In this document: positions 1 through 10,068 of the stretch, in pieces
How positions within the stretch are numbered: the stretch's first letter is position 1
Layout: the number at the start of each line of letters is the position of its first letter
Source: Candidatus Latescibacterota bacterium
GTDB taxonomy: Bacteria > Latescibacterota > UBA2968
Direction of reading: 5' to 3'
DNA: 64,000 nt
Assembly: GCA_965208125.1 (NCBI GenBank)
Contig: OZ242320.1
Location: forward strand, 672,001-736,000
Notes under the pieces: model-generated
The model's input: only the letters and a program-made list of their open reading frames with translations
The model's database searches: none
Told to the model about the DNA's origin: nothing
Position numbers and translations under genes: made by a program

Positions 1-677
<677 letters not shown>

Positions 678-688
678 AGGCACAAAAA

Positions 689-1417
689 GTGAGTAACTCT
701 CTCCTACAAATCGCATCGCCAATTTTACCCGAAGAGACCCGCACGCGCCTGAACGCAGTGTACGCACAGGTCCCCGCTGTATCGTGTGCAGGTTGCGATG
801 CACCGGGAAGCTGTTGCGAACTAACAGATGCCGAATACGACGACGATTTTGCAACCATGTATCCGCTTTACGCCGTCGAATACGTCAACATCATAGATTA
901 TGTGCGCTCGCACTTTGATCCCAATAAACAGCGAGAACTGCTGAACACAGTCGAAGAACGCCCGCGCCGTTGTCCGTTCTTGACATCCGAAGGCGGCTGC
1001 TCAATCCATCCGGCGCGTCCCCTGACCTGTCGCACCTACGGTATTTTGAACCAGGTATCACAGGTCAACGCCACCGCTGAATCCGCACGCGACCAGGTAC
1101 CCTGGCAGTGGATATCTTCCTTCTTATCCACAGAGCGATACACAGTATGTCCAAAAACCAGATTACAAGAAACCGACAAAGTCAATGCACACATGAAGGC
1201 GATGGTATCCCTGGAATACGAGCGCGAATTGATCTATCTGTCGGACACACTGAACTGGTTGGACGCAGACCGTCGAGAACTATTCCAAAAAATAACAAAA
1301 AAAACCCACCCCACGCGGTGGACATGGGGTGGATTTAACGCACTCGCCCAAAAACCATTAAAATGGGTAAAACGCCACTTTGCGAATTTTTGGAAAGCAT
1401 CTTTTTTAGGGGAGTAA
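689..1417 (+). CDS. YkgJ-like (CxxCxxCC) cysteine-cluster protein
   Basis: CAGCDAPGSCC, CPFL, CSIHPARPLTCRTY motifs; starts 11 bp after eno. Confidence 0.75.
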   Translation: MSNSLLQIASPILPEETRTRLNAVYAQVPAVSCAGCDAPGSCCELTDAEYDDDFATMYPLYAVEYVNIIDYVRSHFDPNKQRELLNTVEERPRRCPFLTSEGGCSIHPARPLTCRTYGILNQVSQVNATAESARDQVPWQWISSFLSTERYTVCPKTRLQETDKVNAHMKAMVSLEYERELIYLSDTLNWLDADRRELFQKITKKTHPTRWTWGGFNALAQKPLKWVKRHFANFWKASFLGE

Positions 1418-1486
1418 AGGGGATCGTTTAGACCGTGAAGTGCAAGTTTATACGAGTTGATACACCTCGTCGTTTGCCCTGATCCC

Positions 1487-1521
1487 CATTCTTAATTTTT
1501 AATTTTTAATTCCTAATACCC
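1487..1521. repeat. Heptameric tandem repeat overlapping a stop codon
   Basis: cattctt aattttt aattttt aattcct aataccc. Confidence 0.55.
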
Positions 1522-2460
1522 CTTCTCCTTATCCACCACATTCTGCAGCGCCTCACCCCTCACATACCTGTGCAAATTATCCACAAACCGCACCATAGCG
1601 CGCCTCCGAATATGCTGTGAAGACCCCGCACTATGCGATGTCAAAATCACATTGGGCTCGGTCCACAGCGGACTATCTTCCGGACATGGTTCCGTATAAG
1701 TCACATCCAGCCCAATACCCGCCAGTTTGCCCGACCGTAGCGCCGCGACCATAGCCTCCTCATCCACCACCTTTCCCCGACTCACATTGACGAGCAAACT
1801 ACCCTCCATCAACCGATCAAACATCTCACCAGACAGCATCTTATGCGTTTCCGCCGTACTGGGACAACACACCATAACCACATTGGACTGCGACATAAGT
1901 TCGGGTAAATAATCCATCTTCTCCAACCGATCCACAGAAGCCGGACACGCCATATCCTCTGGATCGACCGCAATAACCCGAAACTCAAACGCCTTTGCGC
2001 GGTCTGCAATCGCCCGTCCAATGCCGCCCAAACCAATAATACCCATCGTCATCCCCGCCAGTTCCAAACACGGCACGCGCTCCCAGTGCTTGCGCTTCAT
2101 AAACTCCAACTGCGTGTGAATCTGCCGCGTCAACGCCAGCAAAAGCGCAAACGCATGTTCCGCAATTTGCGGACCGAACAACCCCCCCGCATTGGTCAAA
2201 ACCATATCGCTATTCTTAAATTTTTCATACAAATGTCCTTCGGCCCCCGCATGAGGCTGCTGAACCCACTTCAACGCATCTGCGTGATCAAAATCGGATT
2301 CGGCAAGCCGCCCAAAAAGCACTTCCACACCCGACAAATAATCGGCTTGCTTTTCTCCCTCTGGCAAAAAAATCACCTCAACCTCAGAAGGCGCATCTTT
2401 TAACAACGCCTCAACATCTTCTGAATACCGACTGCCAATCAACGTGCGAACCATGCTCAT
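1513..2460 (-). CDS. D-2-hydroxyacid dehydrogenase (NAD-binding)
   Basis: GIIGLGGIG Rossmann motif, NVSRG, LDV, TSHSAG; SD AAGGAG before ATG at 2460. Confidence 0.92.
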   Translation of the reverse strand: MSMVRTLIGSRYSEDVEALLKDAPSEVEVIFLPEGEKQADYLSGVEVLFGRLAESDFDHADALKWVQQPHAGAEGHLYEKFKNSDMVLTNAGGLFGPQIAEHAFALLLALTRQIHTQLEFMKRKHWERVPCLELAGMTMGIIGLGGIGRAIADRAKAFEFRVIAVDPEDMACPASVDRLEKMDYLPELMSQSNVVMVCCPSTAETHKMLSGEMFDRLMEGSLLVNVSRGKVVDEEAMVAALRSGKLAGIGLDVTYTEPCPEDSPLWTEPNVILTSHSAGSSQHIRRRAMVRFVDNLHRYVRGEALQNVVDKEKGY

Positions 2461-2520
2461 ATCTCCTTTTGGTCTCATGAATAACTAAATCAGCCTCTGG
2501 TCTTTCTCATGGTACAAAAA

Positions 2521-2558
2521 GAAAACGCCACCGCAAAGTATTTCCGATGGCGTTTTTC
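2521..2558 (-). terminator. Probable intrinsic terminator after the ankyrin gene
   Basis: aaaacgcca...tggcgtttt inverted repeat with T-rich tail on the minus strand. Confidence 0.55.
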
Positions 2559-2572
2559 GACGATATCCATTT

Positions 2573-4285
2573 TTACAGATACCGTTTGATGAGATCGGCA
2601 ATATCCCCATACCCTTTTTTCTCTGCCCAGGCGAGTGGCGTTGCCCAATCAGCACCCGCCAGTGTGGGATCGGCACCGCGCTCGAGATAGAGACGCGCGA
2701 GATCGTATTTTCCCCATCGCACAGCCCAGCCAAGCGGTGAAGATTGCAAAAGCTCATCAATCACATCGAGATCTGCACCATAATCGAGGAGAATAGTGGC
2801 AAAGGCAACGCGCTCAGCTTCGGTCATAATCACCTCTCCCCACACAACACCGCACGCCGCCATGTGATGGGCGAGGCGATACCCGAAACGCCCGACCAGA
2901 TTGGGATTGACGCCATGATCGAGAATCATGCGAAAAATCTCGGGATAGACCGTGCGATCAAAATCTCGGAATTTGCGATGAGGGTGGGTGCGCCACAGGC
3001 GCACAGGTTGCTCCAGCAAGCCAAACCAGCGACCGTCATCGGGATCCCACTCGAGTTGACGCAGACACATCCCCACAATATTTGGATCGCCCCCACAACC
3101 CGCAGCCCACAAAAGCCTCTCCGCAAGCGAAGAATCATTGTGAAGCGCAACAGCAGCGGCAGACGTCTCGCCTTCAAGCCCAGCAGTGATATGATCCAAA
3201 ACCCCACCGTATCTAAACAGCAAACCCTTCATCTTATCGTCGCGATTATTATACGCAGCCGCTATGGGATTGCCACTCGCGTAAATACTCGCATTGGGAT
3301 CGGCGCCGCGCGCGAGCAGAAGCTCGGCAATCTCATACTGCGAGTGACCCGCCGCATGAGCCAGCGGTTGGCCCCATGAATAGGGTTTGGTCTCATAGTG
3401 ATGCAGTTGATATTTGTCATCGGGATCGAGACCCAAATCCAGCAGCATACGCACCATATCGAGATTGTCATTTTGCACAGCGATCGGTAAAAGACCGTCT
3501 CGCTCGCTATCATTGGACTGAAAGCGTTCGGGATGTTGTCTCTTATAATCTTGAACAAAACCAAGATCCCCAAGCGCGACAGCAGACTCAAGCGATTGTT
3601 CGCATCCGGCCTGAAGCAGAATACCCGCACAAATCAAACACCCCTCATTGAGCGGCCTGTTGCGACCGCGAATATTGTGAACAGCGCCGTCGAGAGGCGA
3701 TTGCCCCTCGGGCGTGAGATGGGTGATATCCGCACCGCGCTTGAGCAGATATTGAACAAGCTCATAATTTCCAAGAGATGCACCAGTGTGAATCACACTA
3801 CCGCCATTGCGATGGCAGGCGTTGATCAAATCGGGATTCTTATAGAGAATTTCCACGGTCTCCATCATCCGCCCCTCATGAATAGCCTCAAAAAGCGCGT
3901 CATTCTCCTCTGTAATAGTAATATTCTCGCAAGCCGCGAGTTTGCGTTTCTCGTCTTCCTCTCGCAAAATCTGAACAATATCATCCATACCGCGTTCATC
4001 CGCCATGGTAAGCGCGTCCGTAGCATCGCGATGGGGATAAATACCCGACGTGTGATCTGCACCCGACTCCATAAGAACGCGCACCGCATCCGCGTGCTGA
4101 TTCATAACCGCGTAGTGAATGGCGAGGTGTTCGTCATTCTCGGCCATGTGCACATTGACCAGATCGGGTTGCACATCGAGAATCTGACGAATTTTGGCGA
4201 CATCGCCCTCACTTGCCGCTTCGCATAAATCGGCGACCTGATAAGTTCCATTTGTATCCATGTCGGTTCCTTTCCCGAATGTCAT
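2573..4285 (-). CDS. Ankyrin-repeat protein
   Basis: Multiple ANK repeats (AIHYAV..AVRVLMESGAD, QSPLDGAV, SPLGWAVRWGKYDLARLYLERGADP). Confidence 0.9.
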   Translation of the reverse strand: MTFGKGTDMDTNGTYQVADLCEAASEGDVAKIRQILDVQPDLVNVHMAENDEHLAIHYAVMNQHADAVRVLMESGADHTSGIYPHRDATDALTMADERGMDDIVQILREEDEKRKLAACENITITEENDALFEAIHEGRMMETVEILYKNPDLINACHRNGGSVIHTGASLGNYELVQYLLKRGADITHLTPEGQSPLDGAVHNIRGRNRPLNEGCLICAGILLQAGCEQSLESAVALGDLGFVQDYKRQHPERFQSNDSERDGLLPIAVQNDNLDMVRMLLDLGLDPDDKYQLHHYETKPYSWGQPLAHAAGHSQYEIAELLLARGADPNASIYASGNPIAAAYNNRDDKMKGLLFRYGGVLDHITAGLEGETSAAAVALHNDSSLAERLLWAAGCGGDPNIVGMCLRQLEWDPDDGRWFGLLEQPVRLWRTHPHRKFRDFDRTVYPEIFRMILDHGVNPNLVGRFGYRLAHHMAACGVVWGEVIMTEAERVAFATILLDYGADLDVIDELLQSSPLGWAVRWGKYDLARLYLERGADPTLAGADWATPLAWAEKKGYGDIADLIKRYL

Positions 4286-4317
4286 TACACAACATCTCCA
4301 GGTTTTCTATAATAAAA

Positions 4318-4346
4318 ATTATAGTGAACATTTGTATATCTGTCAA
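4318..4346 (-). promoter_or_regulatory. Perfect-consensus sigma70 promoter of the ankyrin gene
   Basis: Minus strand TTGACA-N17-TATAAT. Confidence 0.85.
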
Positions 4347-4402
4347 GGGAAGTTCTGCATCACTGATTGTGCGGAAAAATTCTCTAATCCAACTTTTTTT
4401 CT

Positions 4403-6775
4403 CTATTCACATCGCAATATATCAACGGGATTAGTACGCGCTGTTTTCCAGGCGAGGCATCCTGCTGTCAAAACAGCAATAAAAAGCAGAACCGCTATAC
4501 TCAAAAGAAACGGCCAAACCGCGAGATCAATCTGATAGGCAAAATTTTGCAACCAATCCCGCATCAAAAAATATCCAACCGGACACGCAATCGTGCTGGC
4601 GAAGAGAGCTAGCCTGGCAAAGTCCTGGCTAATCAAAACCACGAGATGGGATGCCGAAGCACCCAGCACCTTGCGAATACCAATTTCGCGGGTACGCTGT
4701 TCAGCGGCAAAAGCCGCCAGACCCGCCAGACCCAGACAGGCCAGCACAATGGCGACAATTGCAGACCGCGTAAAAATGTGCCCCTGGCGTTGTTCTCGTC
4801 GATATTTGGAATCGATATAATCGTCAATAAAAAAGTATTCAAAAGGCCGCGTCGGGATAAAATGCGACCAGGTCTCTTCAACAAAAGCCAGCGTCTCCCG
4901 AATACGGTCGGGTTTAATCTTGAGATGCAAGTATTTCAAATCCGCACCCGCCGCAGATAAAACCACAGGACCCAGAGGCTCTCTGAGAGAACGCACGTGA
5001 AAATCTCCCATCACGCCAATAACCTGAGCGGGTTTCTCCCCAATCATAAGCGTATGTCCCAAAGGATTCGACCAACCGAACCGCTTTACAGCAGTCTCGT
5101 TTATCACCACTTGCATCGCACCCGCGTTCTCTGTCACCTGCTCCGCATAAGACTGCGAAAAATTTCGACCCGCAAGTATCGGAATATTATAACAGGAGAG
5201 AAAATCCTCATTCGCCCGAAAAACGCGCACTTCAACTTCGCGGTCAGGCATTTCAACATCCGACGCAAAACGCCGACTCGGCCAACTGTGTCCGGGCAGG
5301 TCCAGACTCGTACCCGCTATGATAATATCGGGATGCTGAAGAAACCGCTGTTTGACCGCATTATACTGACCATTTAAGTGGATTTGCTCCGCATCGGGAC
5401 CAAAAATTTTCACCACGACAATCTGATCGCGATCAAAACCCAGGTATTTGCCGCGGACCAGATCCATTTGCTGATAGACCACGAGCGTAGATGCAATGAG
5501 AATAGCAGACACGGCAAATTGCACCACCACAAGACCTTTCCGTAGCCAGAGATCTCTCGGAAACCTGTTGCGCAGCCCCTTCAGCGCATCAACGGGCTGC
5601 TGCGCCGAAAGATAAAAGGCGGGATAACTCCCCGAAACAAGGGCGGTAACCAGCGCAATGCCCCCAATCCACAAAACATGATCAGAAATATTGAAGACAA
5701 GCGGTTGGCCCATCAGGCCTGAAAATTGGGACAAAAGCAACACCGTCAATCCAAAAGATACGGGCAACGCAACCCCGGTAAACAACACAGACTCGCACAA
5801 AAACTGACCCATAATATGCTGCCTGCGCGCCCCCACAACCTTCCGCAGACCAATTTCGCGGGCGCGAATAGCTGACCGCGCAGTAGCCAGATTCATAAAA
5901 TTGATACAGGCGATGAGCAAAATACCCAGCCCCAGAACAGACAGGGGATAGAGATCGCGGACATCTCGATACGGCATCCCCGAATCACCCGTAAAACCCT
6001 CCAGATCAATCCTGGAATACAGATGGATGCGCGGCAGAGCCTGGAGATGGTAAGTCGCCTCCGATTCAGAGGGAAAGTGAGTAGCAAGTGCGCGCTCGAG
6101 AGCCGCAACATCGGCATCGGGACGCAAACGCACGTAAATCGGCGCAGCGCGTATAGCCCAGTTATCGGACGCAAAAAAAGTCACACTATCAAACTCCAAC
6201 CGCGTATTGGTCGGGCGATCTTTCATCACAGCAACAACCGAAAACACCAGCTGATAGGTCTCGCGCTGCACTTCAACGGTGCGACCAATGGGGTCAGCAT
6301 TTCCGTAGAGCTTATTGGCGACGCTCTGCGTTAAAACAATGGACGCATCTCGGCGTTTGAGCGCGGTCGCATCCCCCCGAATAATATCCAGACCAAAGAA
6401 ATCCACAACATCTCCATCAACTGGACAAAGGCGCTGTTGAAACAATCGGTCCTCCGCGCGAAACCAGGACGTGATGCGGCGAAACTGAACAACAGCCTCG
6501 ACCTCGGGATATTCATCGCGCAAATGCACGGCAATCTCTGACGGAAGTGCGCCGCGCCATTCGACTTGTCCGCGCGCATTTACATCCCTCTTCATAATTC
6601 GATAGACCCGATCAGCATGGGGTCGAAAGGCGTCATAACTCATCTCATAGCGGATAGAAAGCATAATGAGCACAGCACACGTCAATCCAATGGCGAGACT
6701 GCTCAGACTAATAAACGCATAAAACTTGTGACGCATCGCGTTGCGAATCGCAACTGTCAGAAAATTGTAGAACAT
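4403..6775 (-). CDS. MacB/FtsX-family ABC transporter permease
   Basis: Two MacB_PCD plus FtsX halves; INFMNLATARSAIRAREIGLRKVVGA, NPVDILRCE. Confidence 0.92.
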   Translation of the reverse strand: MFYNFLTVAIRNAMRHKFYAFISLSSLAIGLTCAVLIMLSIRYEMSYDAFRPHADRVYRIMKRDVNARGQVEWRGALPSEIAVHLRDEYPEVEAVVQFRRITSWFRAEDRLFQQRLCPVDGDVVDFFGLDIIRGDATALKRRDASIVLTQSVANKLYGNADPIGRTVEVQRETYQLVFSVVAVMKDRPTNTRLEFDSVTFFASDNWAIRAAPIYVRLRPDADVAALERALATHFPSESEATYHLQALPRIHLYSRIDLEGFTGDSGMPYRDVRDLYPLSVLGLGILLIACINFMNLATARSAIRAREIGLRKVVGARRQHIMGQFLCESVLFTGVALPVSFGLTVLLLSQFSGLMGQPLVFNISDHVLWIGGIALVTALVSGSYPAFYLSAQQPVDALKGLRNRFPRDLWLRKGLVVVQFAVSAILIASTLVVYQQMDLVRGKYLGFDRDQIVVVKIFGPDAEQIHLNGQYNAVKQRFLQHPDIIIAGTSLDLPGHSWPSRRFASDVEMPDREVEVRVFRANEDFLSCYNIPILAGRNFSQSYAEQVTENAGAMQVVINETAVKRFGWSNPLGHTLMIGEKPAQVIGVMGDFHVRSLREPLGPVVLSAAGADLKYLHLKIKPDRIRETLAFVEETWSHFIPTRPFEYFFIDDYIDSKYRREQRQGHIFTRSAIVAIVLACLGLAGLAAFAAEQRTREIGIRKVLGASASHLVVLISQDFARLALFASTIACPVGYFLMRDWLQNFAYQIDLAVWPFLLSIAVLLFIAVLTAGCLAWKTARTNPVDILRCE

Positions 6776-6781
6776 GGAAAC

Positions 6782-7630
6782 TCAGGGAAAACGACCAGCG
6801 TGTTGATAAACGCGGGCTCCGTGTGCCATAAGCATCTCATTCTCTTCTGGCGCAGGTGCCCGCCAATCATCCAACAGTGAAAAATCGTGCTCAAGCTCCG
6901 CCCGGTCATTGGGCGCTGCAATCGCAATGGCAACAGAGGGATAGGCCAGCGCAAAGCGGTACCACTCTCTTGCAGGTGGCGGTATAAAATCGGGTGGATC
7001 ATCCGGAGTAGGCTTCATCAAAGCACCCCATCGCAGACAGGTATAAACAACCACCGGAATACTGATCGGATCGGTCAGAGGGAACACATCCTCCTCCGCC
7101 CCCCGGTGGGCGGCATTGTACCGGAGCATAAGCATATCCAGAGGACGGGACCCAACCTGTTCAGGCGCTCGGAGGTCGCCCACCGCAATGCGCGCGGCCA
7201 TATTGCGCTGGTGGCTGGTAAGACCGAGAAAGCGCACCTTACCCTGCTCTTGGGCGCGAGCCATAGCTTCATAAGCGCCCCCTTCAGACGCGACCTCGCA
7301 CCATTCACCCTCGCTCTCCACATAGTAAAAAGTCACAACATCTATATAGTCCGTATTCAGCTCACACAACGCATCTTCAAGCTCCCGTTCAGCATCTGAA
7401 GCAGTACGAGACTTGAGTTGCCATGCCAGTACAATCTCCTCCCGCTCCGCACCCATACCCGCAACCGCGCTACTCAAACCATCGGGACGCCCGCACCAAT
7501 TGAGATAATTGACACCGCGCTCAACCGCATAATAGACATCGGCAGGGGACAAATGCGTATTGCCCCTCGTCGCCAGACCCAGGCGACAAAGAGGTGGGGT
7601 ATTCTGGTCAAATTGAAAGATACGTCGCAT
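6782..7630 (-). CDS. Aldo/keto reductase family protein
   Basis: LNTDYIDVV, GKVRFLGLTSH, LRYNAAHRG. Confidence 0.85.
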   Translation of the reverse strand: MRRIFQFDQNTPPLCRLGLATRGNTHLSPADVYYAVERGVNYLNWCGRPDGLSSAVAGMGAEREEIVLAWQLKSRTASDAERELEDALCELNTDYIDVVTFYYVESEGEWCEVASEGGAYEAMARAQEQGKVRFLGLTSHQRNMAARIAVGDLRAPEQVGSRPLDMLMLRYNAAHRGAEEDVFPLTDPISIPVVVYTCLRWGALMKPTPDDPPDFIPPPAREWYRFALAYPSVAIAIAAPNDRAELEHDFSLLDDWRAPAPEENEMLMAHGARVYQHAGRFP

Positions 7631-7794
7631 GTATTTCTCCTGAGATTGTTTAACGTAAAAATACTGAACACAGGTATAGTTTAATTTTGGTAAATGTCAA
7701 GGACAAACACATAGATTTTAACGATGTATTGACATCAAGTGTAAGTTGGCTATCATGTCTGAATCTGACGAAATTCTTATGAACAGGAAACATA

Positions 7795-9030
7795 TTGACA
7801 AAACACAATCCCTATGAAGCATTTCACATCAGGGAATTTCGGTTATACGCGCTGGGCTGGTTTGCCGCACTGGTCGGCACACAAATTCAGAGTGCAGCCA
7901 TAGGATGGGAAATGTATGCCCGCACCGGGCAAGCACTCGCGCTCGGCCTCGTGGGCCTGGCAATCGCATTGCCCACAATGATCCTCGCACTCCCCGCGGG
8001 TTATCTCGCCGACCGCTTTAACCGACGCACAGTCATGATGTTGAGCTTGACCGGCACGACATTAACCTCTCTGGGCCTTGCCGCAGTATCGTGGAAACAG
8101 GGACCAATTGCCCTGATGTACGCCCTGCTCGTCGTCGATGCCGCAATAACCGTACTCGGTGCACCAGCACGGCGGGCAATCGTACCCCAACTGGTACCGC
8201 GCGGAATGTTCCCCAATGCCGTGGCCTGGAGCATGAGCTTGATGCAAATGGCATGGGTAGTGGGACCCATGATCGGAGGCGTGATCGCAGCAGTTTACGT
8301 ACCTGCAGCGTACCTTGCAAGTGCCGGATGTACAGGGTGGTTTTTGCTGATATTGTCCCGATTGCGCGTACCGCCCGTAGAACGCGATAAAAACGCAGTG
8401 AGGGTCTCACCGCTGCAAAATCTGATGGGCGGACTGGTATTTTTAAAAAACAACCGCTTGTTATTGTCGCTCATGGCACTGGACATGTTCGCCGTGCTAT
8501 TGGGTGGCGCCGTATATTTATTGCCAATTTACGCACAGGACATATTGAAGGTAGGATCCGAGGGATTCGGAATTTTGCGCTCAGCACCCGCGGTGGGTGC
8601 CCTGATAATGGCACTCACACTGGCACACTTGCCGCCAATGAAAAAAGCCGGCAGAAATTTGCTCCTCACCGTAGCCGGATTTGGCGTGGCAACCATAGTA
8701 TTTGGAATATCGGAAAACTTCTGGTTATCATTTGCGATGCTCGTATTGACCGGGGCATTTGACAACGTGAGCATGGTCATTCGTCACACACTCGTACAGT
8801 TAATCACGCCCGATGCAATGCGCGGCAGGGTATCCGCTGTAAACGGAGTATTTGTGAGCGCGTCAAATGAACTGGGTGGCCTCGAATCTGGAGGCGTGGC
8901 GGAATTGTATGGACCTGTATTCTCAGTCGTAAGCGGCGGCATCGGAACGCTATTAGTCACAGGCATAACAGCAATAGCTTCCCCGAGCTTGAGAAAAGTA
9001 GGCGCACTGGATGAAGTGGAAGAGGGATAA
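7795..9030 (+). CDS. MFS transporter (MFS_3/EntS-like)
   Basis: About 12 TM segments; GYLADRFNRR motif A; TPDAMRGRVSA. Confidence 0.9.
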   Translation: MTKHNPYEAFHIREFRLYALGWFAALVGTQIQSAAIGWEMYARTGQALALGLVGLAIALPTMILALPAGYLADRFNRRTVMMLSLTGTTLTSLGLAAVSWKQGPIALMYALLVVDAAITVLGAPARRAIVPQLVPRGMFPNAVAWSMSLMQMAWVVGPMIGGVIAAVYVPAAYLASAGCTGWFLLILSRLRVPPVERDKNAVRVSPLQNLMGGLVFLKNNRLLLSLMALDMFAVLLGGAVYLLPIYAQDILKVGSEGFGILRSAPAVGALIMALTLAHLPPMKKAGRNLLLTVAGFGVATIVFGISENFWLSFAMLVLTGAFDNVSMVIRHTLVQLITPDAMRGRVSAVNGVFVSASNELGGLESGGVAELYGPVFSVVSGGIGTLLVTGITAIASPSLRKVGALDEVEEG

Positions 9031-9064
9031 TACAGCGATCAGACCTGGGACCACAACCCGTGAT

Positions 9065-10003
9065 TTAGCTTCGCTTAATAATAACGTAACTGATATCATC
9101 ATCGGGTGCATTGAACGCGGCGAGGTCTTCTTGGATAGCGTGGAAAATTTCTTTGGCGGCCAGATCTCTGATCTCGTGAAGTTTTTGTTCGAGATAATGC
9201 GGCGCGTAAAACTCGCCATTTCGGTGATGCTCAACCAGACCATCGGTAAAAAGAATAAGAATATCGCCCGTGCCCATTAAATCCCATTCGTTAAGTTCGT
9301 ATTCTTCCTTAAAACCGAGCACACTCTCATTGATATTGCGATCAATATCGCGTCCCGAGGGAAGTGTACCAATGGGCGGAGAGGCAATCATCCGATCTTC
9401 GGACACATCGACAATACCTTTGTACTTGCGCGAATACACCAGCGGCATGGGATGTCCCGCCGACAGAAACTGGAAATGCCCTTCCTGAGATATCTCCCCG
9501 TAAATCATCGTAATAAATTTGCTGAGACTCGACGAATTGTAAAACCGCGTATTGAGATTTTCAAACAACTTGGCCGTGATATTGCCGTAATAATCCATCT
9601 CGTAAATCGCACCCATCAAAAAAGCCTGATGGAGCATCGCCGCGAGAAGCGCGTCCGTAATCTGATGCCCTGAAACATCGGCCACTGCCACACCGGCCTT
9701 AAAGCGACATTCCTCCAGCTTTTTGACAACATCACCCTGCCCGCGGTTGCGAGCTTTTTCTATACGAGCATCGAGATCATAGCGCTTCTTAAAATCGACA
9801 TAGACAATATGATCGCCACCTACAATGCCATTGAGCGGAATGGTCTCGCCGTAAATATCAACACCATCAAGCGCGGGTATTTCCCCCGGCAATGGTTTGA
9901 CGTAGCGGGCAATATCCTGAAAATTAGCCAACTCCCCCATAAGCATCTTCATGGAGTCATTCACTTGCTGGATACCCGTTTCACCTATCTCATCAAAAGC
10001 CAT
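9065..10003 (-). CDS. Stand-alone PP2C/SpoIIE-family phosphatase
   Basis: VGGDH, VADVSGH, SAGHP, LFTDGL, DDIS motifs. Confidence 0.88.
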   Translation of the reverse strand: MAFDEIGETGIQQVNDSMKMLMGELANFQDIARYVKPLPGEIPALDGVDIYGETIPLNGIVGGDHIVYVDFKKRYDLDARIEKARNRGQGDVVKKLEECRFKAGVAVADVSGHQITDALLAAMLHQAFLMGAIYEMDYYGNITAKLFENLNTRFYNSSSLSKFITMIYGEISQEGHFQFLSAGHPMPLVYSRKYKGIVDVSEDRMIASPPIGTLPSGRDIDRNINESVLGFKEEYELNEWDLMGTGDILILFTDGLVEHHRNGEFYAPHYLEQKLHEIRDLAAKEIFHAIQEDLAAFNAPDDDISYVIIKRS

Positions 10004-10068
10004 TCATCCTCCTAAAAAATCTCGAGCCAAACACAACTCTTGAAAAGTAACCATTTGTCAGCCTCAAA

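Noticed and set aside
1419-1487. Possible ncRNA (ggggatc..gatcccc enclosing a small hairpin)
   Set aside because: Only short stems; adequately explained as 3' structure between convergent genes.
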